From NCBI GenBank assembly GCA_013239625.1, contig MU056000.1:13467175-13531174 (forward strand): a DNA stretch of 64,000 nt. Reading direction: 5' to 3'. The notes under the pieces were generated by a model, which was not told the DNA's origin, did not search any database, and was given only the letters and a program-made list of their open reading frames with translations. The stretch is from Lama guanicoe. Its lineage: Eukaryota. Shown in pieces: positions 1 through 12,415 of this stretch; position 1 is the first letter of the stretch; the number at the start of each line of letters is the position of its first letter. The position numbers were made by a program, and so were the translations under genes.

Positions 1-446
1 ATTAATACCCCTTGCAGCATCATGGATGGGCCTGGAGATCTTCATTCTACGTGAGATAAGCCAGAAAGATAAAGAAAATTATCATATGATACACTCATAT
101 GTGGAATCTAAAAACAGAAAAATGAAGACACTAATGAACTTATCTACAAAACAGAAACAGACTCATAGACATAGTAAACAATCTTATGGTTACCAAGGGG
201 TGAAGGAGGTGGGAAAGAATAAATTAAGAGATAGAGATTTGCAAATATTAACTAGTATATATAAAATAGATAAACAACAAGTTTCTGTATAGCACAGGGA
301 ACTATATTTAATAGCTTGTAGTAACCTATAATGAAAAAGAATATGAAAGCAAATATATGTATGTATATGTATGACTTAAACATGTTGTATGCCAGAAATT
401 GACATAACATTGTAAACTGACTATACTTCATTAAAAAAATAAAAAA
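1..446 (+). mobile_element. LINE-1 3' end (ORF2 C-terminus, 3' UTR, poly-A), cut by window start
   Basis: Encodes ..AASWMGLEIFILREISQKDKENYHMI.., matching the L1 ORF2 C-terminus (AATWMDLEIIILSE.SQ.EKDKYHMI); ends gtaaactgactatacttcattaaaaaaataaaaaa. Confidence 0.93.
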
Positions 447-833
447 TTCTTGTACATCTGTATATTTGCAGGAGTTGTGATATCCTAGTCCTTATTTCTT
501 TACACAAGCTAACAGATAACCTGTTTTTAACTCCTCCTGCCATGATCATCTCAAATTCTCAACATTTACCTCTCCTTTCTTTATATATAATTTCTTATCA
601 TAGATAATATGTACCATTTATATAAGTGAAATCCTAAAAAAACTTAATAAAATCAATGTGTTTTAGAAATCTTATGAAAGATAGAGAACCAGTTCATTAT
701 TATGAGTTACAATTTCTGAATTTTATCCACCAGGTATGCTTTTGATTGAATTTATTGAATAGTTAGGAAATTCATTTAATTTCTATAATTTTCTAGGAAA
801 AAATGATAAATTTGAAATGCTTTACCAAGAATA

Positions 834-837
<4 letters not shown>

Positions 838-888
<51 letters not shown>

Positions 889-893
889 CACAC
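838..893. repeat. Compound (TG)n(TA)n(CA)n microsatellite
   Basis: tgtgtgtgtgtgtatatatatatatatatatatatatacacacacgcacaca. Confidence 0.95.
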
Positions 894-931
894 ATTTCTA
901 TAAACAAATATAGCATATCAGGAATTTTCTC

Positions 932-1385
932 TTTTTTAATTTGATTTATTGAAATATAGGTGCTGTACAATATTAAATAAGTTACAGGTGTATAATATAG
1001 TGATTCACAATTTTCAAAGGTTATACTTCATTTGTAGTTATTATAAATATTGATTATATTCCCTCTGTGGTACAATATATCCTTTTAGCTTATTTTATAC
1101 ATAATAGTATGTACCTCTTACCTTTGACCCCTGTATTTCCCCTCCCACCTTCCCTCTCCCACTGGTAATCACTAGTTTCTTCTCTACATTTGTTAGTCTG
1201 CTTCTTTTTTGTTATATTCATTAGTTTGTCGTATTTTTTCAATTCCACATATAAATGATAACATACAGTGTTGCCTTTTTCTATCTGACCTACTTCACTT
1301 AGCATATCGCCCTCCAAGCCCAACCATGTTTTTGCAAACAGCAAAAGTTTATTCTTTCTTATGGCTGAAAGCATTCCATTGTGTG
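932..1385 (-). mobile_element. LINE-1 3' end
   Basis: Poly-T followed by antisense L1 3' UTR; minus-strand ORF 1090-1422 contains AIRKNKLLLFAKTWLGLEGDMLSEVGQ (ORF2 C-terminus-like). Confidence 0.9.
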
Positions 1386-1439
1386 GGTGCACATGTGTGT
1401 GTGTGTGTGTACACACACACATACAGTGGGGGGAAGTGG

Positions 1440-1862
1440 CCTTTGCTGTAGATTAATTGACCATAAGTGCATGGGTTTATTTCTGGGCTCTGTTTCCTGC
1501 CCCATTGGTGTGTGTTTCTGTTTTTATGCCTCTATTATACCGTTTTGATTACTGCCATTTTGTAGTATGGTCTGAAGTCAGGAAGCATGATTCCTCCAGC
1601 TTTGCTCTTATTTCTCAAGATTGTTTTGGCTATCCAGGCTCTTTTGTGTTTCCATATAAATTTTAAAATTATTTGCTCTAGTTTTGTAAAAAATGTCCAT
1701 GGGTATTTTGATAGGGATAGCGTTAATTCTGTATATAACCTTGGGTAATATGGTCATTTTAACATTATTGATTCTTCCATTCTAAGAACACAGTATATCT
1801 TTTCATCTGCTTGTGGTAGCTTCAATTTCTTGTGTCAATGTCTTATATTCTAAGTACAGGTG
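1440..1862 (-). mobile_element. LINE-1 ORF2 internal fragment
   Basis: Typical antisense ORF2 text (gggtttatttctgggctctgtt, gtagtatggtctgaagtcaggaagcatgattcctccagctttgctctt, ccatataaattttaaaatt). Confidence 0.88.
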
Positions 1863-3083
1863 CTCATTGTTTTATTTGGTTTGAGAAAGTGTGGAAGATC
1901 ATTAGTGCTGTGAATTTAAATGAAGGTAGTATCAGTTTAGGTTGAAAAAAATCTGATAGAAGTTTTATGAATAAGAATAAAATTAAAATTGGTTTTAAGG
2001 GCTTATTTTGGAGGAAGCAGAATGTATTAAATGTTGAGAATAAAATAGTGAGCAATACATACAATAGTCCAAGTACCGTAAGTTAGTGACTAAAATAAAC
2101 AAACAAATAGATACTTAAAATACAATATGATAAAAATTAAGATGAGAGAAAAGGAGAGTATTATGGATGTTTAGAAAGATGAACATTGAAGCCAGATTTA
2201 AGATGGTGGGACTAGAATATATTTCCAGGACAATTTAAGCTTATTTTGGAGCTTAAGATGTAAGTTGGAATTAGCTTGGCAATGGGGGAAAGGAATGTTC
2301 CAAGATAATAGAATAAAATGTCTGCCACCTGGCAGTGGGTTCAGTCTTTGATCAAGAAATCAAAGTATATCAGTAAAACAGAGTGAGGTGGAGTAGTTGG
2401 TAAAAGTTGAGGCACTAAAGTTATTAGGGACTATAGTATGTGGGACTTTGTAAACCAGGATAAGACATTTACAGTGAGGCTATAGAGGACAATTAACATT
2501 TTTAAGCAGAAAAGGCGCAAAGAGAGCATTCAGAGGGTTTTGCAGAAATCAAGATTAAACAATGAAGACAGGCAATGGCAGAGCCATGGCAAAGGGGAAC
2601 ATAGGACATTATACGGAGTTGAGAGCTTGCTATGAAGTCTGATTGGTAGTACTTGGTTAGATATAAAGTTGAGTTAGGCCAATAAATCGAGTATGTTTTA
2701 ATATAAACTCCCAAATATTTGGTTTCAATCATTAATCAGGTCATAGTGTCATTTATAAAGATACAAAACACAGGCATAGGAGCATGTTTGGGGTAGAACA
2801 TGTCCCACTGTGGACATGTTCTTTGGGAGATAGTTACACTGTAGTCACAAGCAGATGATTTGATAATTAGGTCTATTTCTAAAACAGAAAATAAAGATCA
2901 AAATAGGATTTGGGATCCTTCTGGAGATGATATGTGAAGTTGCCAGAGCAAGTGCTATCAACTCTGGCTGTAGGAAGAATGAGAAAAGGAGAGGCATCCA
3001 TCCAGTTTCCAGAAAAGTCAACATTGCGTTTGATCAGTGAGAATGAGGACATGGATGAAGAGGCAGAGGAGCGTGTGAGTAAG

Positions 3084-3405
3084 TGTAAAAATTACTAAAC
3101 AGAAATCTCAGTTAAATAGAGTGGTGAGACCAGAAGGGGGAGCGCTCACCCCCTGTGACAACAGTCCAGCCCAACAGGAAGAAAGAAAACTCCTCTTCTT
3201 CCCTGAGAAGGACTCACTCTTTACTTACTATAGCCCCCCCAAAGTCCTTTTCCTCTCCAAGAAGCGTTCTCCTTCCCTTGCTGATAAGAGGACTTGCCCA
3301 TGGCTCACCAGGGTTGCAGATTCCAAATTGCAATTCTTGGCTGATTCTGACCAAACTCATCTTTGCTGGAGAAATATCTGGCAGTCTATTTGTTTCAGGT
3401 CAATG
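3084..3405 (+). mobile_element. Solo LTR, ERV1, same family as the LTRs of the provirus at 49141-53926
   Basis: Starts TGTAAAA; ends ggcagtctatttgtttcaggtcaatg (compare 53901-53926 gtcagtctatttgtcttaggtcaaca); 4-bp TSD TAAG at 3080-3083 and 3406-3409. Confidence 0.88.
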
Positions 3406-3504
3406 TAAGTGAGTGGGGGGGAAAAAAAAGTCCGGGTAGGTGCAGTGCCTTGAGAGGCAAATAAGAAAATACTTCGAGATAAACATAGTGTGGTCCTGAT
3501 TTAA

Positions 3505-3545
3505 AGAGAGAGAGAGAGAGAGAAAGAAAGAGAGAGAGAGAGAGA
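3505..3545. repeat. (GA)n microsatellite
   Basis: agagagagagagagagagaaagaaagagagagagagagaga. Confidence 0.95.
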
Positions 3546-3957
3546 ATGTCAATGTACCTGATGGTTAAGCAAGAAAAACAAATCAGAAAATGTCCTTCAG
3601 GTTTAGTAAGAGAAGCTCACTAATATTGGCAAGAGACATTTCATTGGCATATTGAGATTCAACCAATTTAGAAGTAAATAAAAGGGAGTTAGAAGAGTGG
3701 AGACAGTGGGATGCACAGACCATGGTAAGTATGATGTAGGGCAGTAATTCGAGGGAGAAATATGATGGATGAAAATCTTTCTTTATGGAAGACACATGAA
3801 CACACTCAAGTATGTAAATATTGATTTGACATTAGAGAGGGAAACAGTTAAGAGATGTTAATAGGGGACATAGAAATTCCATATAAGGGAATGTGTGTTA
3901 ATTCATTGGGACTTCTAACTGATTTTCTTATTCACTATATTGATTCAACCATATGAA

Positions 3958-4150
3958 CCAGAATTTCTCAATCTCAGTATTGTTGACTTTAAGGAATAGA
4001 CAATTCTTTGTTGTAAGATGCTGTTCTTGTGCTTTGCAAAATATTAGTAGCACTTCTGACCTCTAGACACTAGCTGCTAATACCACTCTTAGTAATGGCA
4101 ACTAAAAATTCTCCAGTCATTGCACATATACTCCGAGGAAGGGTAAGTTC
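3958..4150. mobile_element. MER20-like hAT MITE
   Basis: tttctcaatctcagtattgttgac..gacaattctttgttg..gacctctagacactagctgc..caactaaaaattctccagtcattgc resembles the MER20 consensus. Confidence 0.75.
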
Positions 4151-4879
4151 ACCTTATTTGGGTGCCACACCGATCTGAACTAAAGAATAAATTTCAAGAC
4201 AAAATTCTAATAATGTTTTCAATCTCTAAAACACAATTATGAATTTGTATTACTTTTATTTTAATCACTGTCTGAACAGGAAAGAAACACTGTATATTTT
4301 ATTTGGAAAAGTTTAAATGTTTGCATTCGAATAAAGTGAAATATTTTGAAAGCTAACCTGGCATGTTAGATTCCTTATAGCTTGCAAGTCACTTTAAAAC
4401 ATTTTCACAGTGTGAAAACTATAGTTATCCGATGAGAGACCTAATTTAGAGGTTAGCGTTCAAGTTATGAGTATAGCCGTAGGACAAAAAATGAGGTGAG
4501 AAATGGGGCCCATATTCCAGAATTCAATATTACCTAAAGAAATGAGACTCTCCAGTATTATTTGGAGGAAAAGCGATATAACCCTTGAAGTGGTCTCTGG
4601 AAGAAATAAAGAATTCAGAGTAAGTAGATATATTAATGACGTTTATAAGTGATGCTTTCCACAAAATACCACCATAAGTTCTTTAAAATCCTTTGTCAAA
4701 AAACACAGGTATACAATGATTAAAATTTTTTTTTAAAAAGCCACTTAGTTTTTAAAATATAAACACATACTTTACTCATGGGCCATGAGGCTCTTTTTGG
4801 TGGCCTCCTGATTTAAAGGAGTCATATTCTTTGTGTGACATGTAGCCCTCTGGCCCGTTGCTAAAATAGGTTGGATGCT

Positions 4880-5270
4880 TCCCCATTTTAAATCTATGAA
4901 ATAAAATACAGAGAATTACAAAGTAAACTAATTATACTGAAGTATAGATGTCAAATTTTAAATATGGTGCGATAATGTAAATACTTTTTAAATAAATGCA
5001 GTAAAATAAATTAATGATAGGTGTAATAAAAACATAATTTCAAAATAGGGATAAACATATATGCTATATTGCAATCTATGTAATATCTGATATGAAAATA
5101 TTTATGGTTTCCATTAAACCAAAGGTTCTGCTGTGATTTCCCCACCCTTTATTGATAAATGAAAGAAATACTAAAATGCACTCAGAGGTTAGTTAAAATA
5201 AATACATTTTCTTTTCCAAAATGAATTCATGACTCACCCATATTCTTAGATTCCTGGAGTTAATTGGAAG
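4880..5270. mobile_element. hAT-Charlie1-like fragment
   Basis: cagaggttagttaaaataaatacattttcttttccaaaatgaattcatgac resembles the Charlie1 terminal region. Confidence 0.55.
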
Positions 5271-6379
5271 AATCAATGCTTTAAAAGGGCGTTTCTATGC
5301 TTCTTCGAAAATTTTTAATTCTGTTTGCATAGTTTAAGAATAGAGTGAACGTCAAAAATTGCACTCATAGTTTGTCATGAACACTCTTTTCAATAATGAT
5401 TAAAATGGAAGAATCTTCCAGCATGTTCTAATTAGACATGGATGGTGTGAACCAAAGTGTTTCCTGCTCACTGATGGGAACAGCTATTCTTTAGTTGTTT
5501 ACCTGCAATGTAGTCACAGTGTTTGGTCACAAAATCAGCTTAAACTCACTGCTTGTGAAAGGATTGTAATCATCATTGTAGGTCCATTGTTTTCTTATGC
5601 TTTCAACATGTGTCAATCATTTCTTCTTTTCTGATAATATTTCTTCAACATTCTATACCACTGACTTCGATTTCATATCTTTTTTAATTCTTATATTCTC
5701 TGACATCAGAATTTGTTGGTTTTGCTAATTGCCTTTGTCAGGGATTTCTCAGCCTCCTCTGTAAGGTCTTTTTGTGCTTCTCTTTTTCTAAATCTAATTC
5801 TCAAACTTGTTACCCAGTGTTTCCCATCTCAATCTGTATTCATCATCTATTCCACTGTATAACTCAGAATACTGAGATATTCCCTCTTACCTTTTACACA
5901 AGAAGCTTTAGTGCCCGATGACTTTTACCACAAAAATGTATTTAATCTACTTACTTCTCTTCATCACCACTGTTACCAACTCTAGCGTTTGTCCCTCATT
6001 ATTTTGACTTTTTGATAGTTTATAGGACTTTGATCTATGCATCTAAATATGCAAGATGAGATTGTAAGTTCCTGGCATGCTTGATAGTTTGATCTGGACA
6101 TGGAATCAAGATCTCTTTAGTCTTCTCTGAGAAAAAGCAATGTGTGCAACTTCTCCACCATGTCTACCGAGAACGCACTTTCTCCCTTTTTCTTTTTCCC
6201 AGTCCTGCTTATGGAAAGCAGACAACTGTGATGAATTACTTTGAACAATCCAGGCAAGAACAACATCTTAGAAAAATGCAGACAAGGAACATCATATTCT
6301 TGTTTAACAGAGGTTTGTTTTTTTTTTCACGTTTTTATTGTACTGTCATGATTCAGCTAGAAGTTGTCAGTTTCCCTGA

Positions 6380-6775
6380 TTGAGCAATCAGTTAAGTCCA
6401 CACTCCTACCCACTCCTCTAATGGAAATCTCACACTGCACGGCCACCATACACCAGCCTTAACTGCTCCAGGGTCAAGGGCCAGGTAGTTAGGGACAGTC
6501 CCTGTGCCTCAGAGCCTACTGCAATTCTTTAAACCAGCCAAACCACATGGAGCCCTTGATACTAGCTAATTTCACCCCACTCCCCATACGTACAATGTCC
6601 CCACAGCTCCAGTATGCTGTCACCCTTTCTCTGTGTAGACCTCTGCGTGTCCAGGCCTGGCAGCCTTCTCTTATTTGGAGCTGTACATAAGTGATAACCT
6701 GCCTTTCATCCATCTGAGTGTCACTGTGTTGTGCCCTGCCCCGTTTAAAAGATCCTTTAAATCTCATAAAACACA
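6380..6775 (+). mobile_element. Old LTR fragment, family uncertain
   Basis: LTR-like composition with a U5-like end (catctgagtgtcactgtgttgtg..tctcataaaaca). Confidence 0.4.
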
Positions 6776-6974
6776 TTGATATTTTAGAGCGATCATGACT
6801 TCCCTAGACCACTCTATGCTCTGACTCTTAGGTGCGTAAGAAGTCATCTTCTACCACGTTTCAGTACCGTTTGTGCTTTGCTCTCTGTTAAAGAAACTGA
6901 AAGTATGTTAAGTCATATTGTATTAAGTATAATGACAGCTTCCAAAGTAATTCCATGCAGAGGAGACTTGGAAA

Positions 6975-7500
6975 AGGTAATTATAATTACTGAATAGTTG
7001 GCATTAAAATAGGGAGATTATTCTGGATTGCTTGGGCAGACCCAGTGTACTCATACAAGTCCCGTGATGGTTAACTTGATGTGTCATTTTGGCCAGGCTT
7101 TGATGCTTAGATGTTTGGTCAAACAATTTCTATATTACAAACAATATTGTGTTATAGAAATCCTGCCTGAGGTTCCAGCCTGTCAGCTAGTCCTACTGAT
7201 GTTGGATTTGTCAGTTCCCATAATCAAATGAGCCTGTAAGCCAATTCCTTAAAATCTCTCTTTCATATATATATATATATATATAATCAAAAAAAAAATA
7301 TATATATATGTATTCCAGCAGAATTCCCTCAAAGCAGAAACAGAGAGAGAGATTAGAAGCACAAAAATTCAATGTACTATGCTGGTTTAGAGATCCAGGA
7401 GGTCATGTTTCAAGAAAATGAGAGTTACAACTGCAAGAAATTGAATTAAATTTAATTGAATTAAATTCTGCCAACATCCTGAATGAGCTTGGAAGTACCT
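6975..7500 (+). mobile_element. MLT1 (MaLR) LTR with a nested MLT2 (ERV-L) LTR piece at ~7063-7310
   Basis: MLT1 motifs agggagattattctggatt and aattctgccaacatcctgaatgagcttggaag; MLT2 start gtgatggttaacttgatgtgtca and late motif gccaattccttaaaatctctc followed by a (TA)n run. Confidence 0.7.
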
Positions 7501-7902
7501 TCCCCAGAGCCTCCAGATATAAAAGTAATAATTGCCATGGTATCATATTTATGACCTAATTTAAGTGAAAAGATAAGAGCATAACATGATATATGTAATG
7601 CAATTTCACTTACATATATATCAACATTTCCCAGCAACTTTAATAAAATGTTAGTGTCCTGAGGTATGATCACATCTATTTTGAGAAAAACTATCTATAG
7701 ATGTTGAAAGTTATTTTCCCCTTTATTATTTAACCTTGAGGCTGAAATTTAAAATATTTAAAACTAGAACAATGGCATTTTTAGAGCCTTTAACAAGTGT
7801 TGAGAGTCTAAAATGTGTCTCCATTGAGACCACCCTTTTCTTGGAGGGACATATTTCATGAAGCTGTTACTTAAGCTCATATGAAACAAACATCCACTCA
7901 TG

Positions 7903-8036
7903 GCTAGGATGACCATATGCCTCAGTGCAGCCTGCTCAGGTTTGATTTAATCACAATCATAGCATAATTATTAATAGCACTCTTTTCACATTCAGCCAAG
8001 TGTCCTAATTTTGCCAAAAAACTGTATGGTCATTGT
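7903..8036. mobile_element. MER94/Blackjack-like hAT MITE
   Basis: Degenerate terminal inverted repeats aggatgaccatatg ... tgtatggtcatt. Confidence 0.6.
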
Positions 8037-9689
8037 TCTTATAGAAAACACAAACCTGCCCACAGTGTGTTTACATATTTACACACACATTTAGTTGTGC
8101 ATGAGTGTTTGTAGGGACATATGTACTTCTCTCTCTGCCTGTCTATGCTTTATATATATAAATATATATGTATATAGTGACAGCTATTGGCAAAGAACAT
8201 TATCAACATGAAATATTATGATGTTAAATGGATGATTTTAATTGGAGAGGATATGAAACAGGAGCCAGGTGAACATGCAGTCTGAGAAAAAGAAAGCATG
8301 ATAAAGTCTGAAATCCTAGAGTACGTAGCTAGCTTATGCAGGAAGGGAGCCTTCTGGAGACCAAGAAGAGAGACTCCCCCAAGGACAGCCCCATGAAGGG
8401 ACAGGATATAGCGCCATAGACATGTAATACGAGAGGGCGAAAAATGGTGAAGGGTGTAGTGTAGGGCATTGGACTGGAAAGATGAGAAAAAGCGAACAGA
8501 ACTGATGGATATACACTCCTAGGAGAATCTCAGAAACGCTCATTTGGACAGAGAGGAAAATATGAAATTTATGCTGTTACAACTGATACAATCTCAGAGC
8601 TAATATACTTTGATAATTAACCAAAATATAACCCAATTTTATATCTAAATTTGGTGAAATAAAGCATTCCAGTTGGATAGGCAGATGGATGGATGAATGG
8701 AGGGAGGGAGGGAGAAAGAGATCACAGAGCGTTGGTAGAAATGTTAAGTATCAGGTCAAATATTCCCTATGGTGATAAACATTTACTTCACTGACTCTTC
8801 TACATTCAAACCGAGGTAAACTCCAGAATAAAATATTGTCAATTCCTTCCACTACTGACAAATATTAGTGATGCTTCATTGTCATTTTCTGTCTCAGCCA
8901 TCTAGTTATTTTTTATTCCTTGGAGCTTGCTCTGTTTTACTTAGCTTTGAGAGATTCTACAAAAATTATTTACTCCATCACTTCTGAAAAGTGCAGACGG
9001 TGTGACAGGGACAAAAGCACAACTAAGAAGACTCTGACTATGACTGTGTTGAAAATAAAATAAATTAAACTGATGGAAAAATGATTAAATGTGCCCGTGT
9101 GAATGAAACAAATTATTCAGTAGGGAGGATTCTGAAGGACAAGAAATAAATAAAACAGAACATAGAAACTGCTGTGAGTATGCCATTGACAACAGTCATC
9201 AAGACAAATACATGATAAAAAGGAAAACATAAAATACGAAATAAAATACTCTATGGCTTGGCACAAGCCCTAGAGTTTTACTAAACAAAGCAAAACCAAA
9301 ATCGTCAGTTACTAATTAAAACAAGCAAAAGGAGGCATAACATTACAAATGTATTCCAGATGGCAATTTTGTAGGTACAAAATCTATTGTAATCTGCACA
9401 ATTTTCCTGTGTGTTGGTGATAAAGGCAAATAAATATGATCTTTATTATGGTACATTGTCTATATATGTATCATTTTTTTAACAACTGGTCACCCCTCAG
9501 AAGTAGTAACTGTGTTTTTCCCATATTTGCAACATTCTTTTAGACTTAACATTGTCCTTTAACAAACTAACTTAAACCCACACCAATTTATATATATTCT
9601 AAATTTCCCATTTTAATTGTTTTCATTTTTTTATGATTTAATTGGAGGTTTTTTTTTTTTATAATTTTTGTTTTCTTGAAGTGGTTTAC

Positions 9690-9785
9690 CAAAAGTTTTC
9701 AGACAGCTGTCAAATGGCAAAGCCAGGATTTGAACCCAAGCCACTAGGCTTCAGAGTTCATTTCTGTTACCACAGAGCTGTGTTG
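9690..9785 (-). mobile_element. MIR SINE fragment
   Basis: aaatggcaaagccaggatttgaacccaagccactaggcttcagag. Confidence 0.75.
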
Positions 9786-12261
9786 GCTATATTCACTTGA
9801 AATCCCCCAAAGCAGTTCTGTGGTCTTTATATTTGAATGGCATCTTATATGTATATTAAAAAAATAGTAATACATATACTTTCTCATTACCTTTAGATGC
9901 TGGAGAGCTCATGTCTAAAATACACTACTTTTGTTTTTCTTTGTTTTAAGGAAAACAGTAAAAAAAATTCCCTAGTTGTATTTAGAGGAAAAGAATTTAG
10001 AATATACTCTTACTTTTCCATTCATATGCATTATTTTTCACACTCTCCAATAATTTCTAAAAGCTTGTCTTTTTTTTATACTTCAAATTTATCATTTTCA
10101 CTGCAGAATCCACATTTGCCGGTGAACCGCGGGTGAAGTAGGTGAAGGGTCCTTTGCTCATCTGTGGTCACGTGGGCACTCCAGCTTTCCTCGCTCAGAA
10201 GACAACTCTTAGAAATACTCATCTTGAGCAAGCAGTGCTATTTTGTGTATCTGATCATCTGATGTTAGATTACCTCCCATCAGATGACCTGGTCCTCTGG
10301 TTTACTTAGGGAGTCAGAAATGTGAGTTGTCTTAAAGGATCCGATACAAAATACTGCATTCCCACTACTCTGACCCCTAGCATGGACTACATTCAAACAA
10401 TTTTGGGGTCAGTTATTTTTGTTATTTTCTTAAATTACATTGGTTCCATAGCACAACGCTATTCTATTTTCTATTACCGTTGACGTAAAGATTTGGAACA
10501 TCTGAATAGATGATAGAAATTATCCTTTTGTCTTAGAACATATTCCCACAAATTTGGGATGGCTACTTTTGTCTGTTTATTTATTTTCCTGGACGGTGGA
10601 AGCTCTGAATACAAAGATTACATCAGAGAGCAGAATTAATCCAATGCCTTTATTATCTATGTCAGTATCTAGATCGTTAGCTATGGCATTACTGTGTGTT
10701 TAATATGACAAATGAACATACCTAATATTCTGCTGGCAATACTATTTTTATTTTGAAGGCAAAGCTTATGATGAATAGTGCAATAACATGCTTCCAGATT
10801 AATCTTTATGGACAATGCATTCAGAAAAAAAGGGCTGTCCCTTGCACCAGCCCTTCCCATATACCTCGTCTTCCTTCCCCACACACCTATTAGCCATCAA
10901 CCACTGCCAACCACCTTTTGTGGATTCTCGTTTACGAGTTCAGTTTTTTGGCTTTCGGTGCTCTTGCATTCTCTTTACTTTCTCAGCACTGCTGGCCATA
11001 TTTTAATAGACAATGACTGATGCCACCTACAGGGCTTGAGACGGAGGAGTGGTTTACAGATTGTACAGAATTATTTTAAATTCAATCTTGCCAAAGAGTT
11101 TACTCTAACACATTTCACTGATGTTGTATAAGAAGCTACCTTTTTTCCCATGGTCAGGAATAAAGTCAGCTCCAGCCTTGGAGAGTTCCACTCAGACAAC
11201 ACATCTGTCTTGTGCAGCGGGCACGCCCACTGAGGTACACCTAGGCCAAAGCTTCATTTCTACAAGGTACACAATATTTTCCCCATGTTTATTTCACATA
11301 ATAAAACATGCTCTAGTATATGAATTAGTCTACCATTTAATTTTGAAGCACAACATTTCAATTTAGACCTTTTATTCTTTGATGCCCTAATGCATGTATT
11401 TTTTAACTGACCACATTTGGAAGAAATATGCAAATTACCTTAATTATATTATGTTGATCCCCAAGTTTGCCTTTAATTTTTAAAAATGTAGTCATGACTC
11501 TCTAGTATAGGCTTTTTATCAGTTCCTTGACATATTCATAGTCACCCAGCAAATATTATAGTTATAATATGATATATCTGTCTTAGTTGCTTTAGAAATG
11601 CATGGATTAAATAAACATTTTTCCTGGTCCTTCAAGTCTGATTTTACTGAGCACTCACAAAATATTGTAAATCTGATGAAAGAGAGGGAGAGAGAGAGAA
11701 ATTAATAAAAACTCTAAGTGTAGAGTAGCTTAGAGCAGCTCTTCTTTGTGAATTTAGAACAGCTGAAAGGTACAGGAAATTTCACTTTGAGAGATAATCC
11801 CTGAGTTTGCTCCTAGTAGATGGATTGAATTTGGATATATGTCAACATCAAATAAGGCATTTTAAGTTGGTGAAGGGTTGATGGCAATAGAAATACTTTG
11901 TTCCATATGCCTCATATTTTATCATTTCTTCCTTATTCACTGTGTGTCACATTAGAAATACATAGTTAGACAGAATTAGTGTCCCTAAGATTTTTTAAAA
12001 ATTGTTTATTTGCCCATTGTGTAGTTTTAAAACACTTTTTTAAAATTAGTATTCTATGTTCAGATGTGCTTAATTTAACTATTATCAAAATTCTTGAAAA
12101 CAACAAACTGAAACTCTCATAACAAGTAGCCTTGAAAAATATCTTTCATAATCAACTGGTTTGTCCCAATGGTCAATTATTGTCTTTCTAGTCTATTTGG
12201 TAAAGAAGACTAATGTATATTTTTTTTCATTTATTTAAAAAATTTTTTAATTTAAATTTAA

Positions 12262-12415
12262 ATTTTTTGAAGTATGGTTGATTTACAATATTTTGTTAGT
12301 TTTAGGTGTACAGCAAAGTGATTTGTTTATACATAAATATGTGTATATATCTATATTCTTTTTTATTCTTTTCCATTATAATTTATTACAAGATATTAAA
12401 TATAGTTTCCTATGT
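12262..12415 (-). mobile_element. Short LINE-1 3' terminus
   Basis: ttttttgaagtatggttgatttacaatattttgttagttttaggtgtacagcaaagtgatt, same family as 63557-64000. Confidence 0.85.

Larger units (their letters stand above)
2050..3900 (-). mobile_element. Degenerate LINE-2 fragments, interrupted by the solo LTR at 3084-3405
   Basis: Purine-rich L2-like segments (ggaatgttccaag, gactttgtaaaccagg, ggacatgtt, gacattggcaagagacatttcattgg); heavily diverged. Confidence 0.55.
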
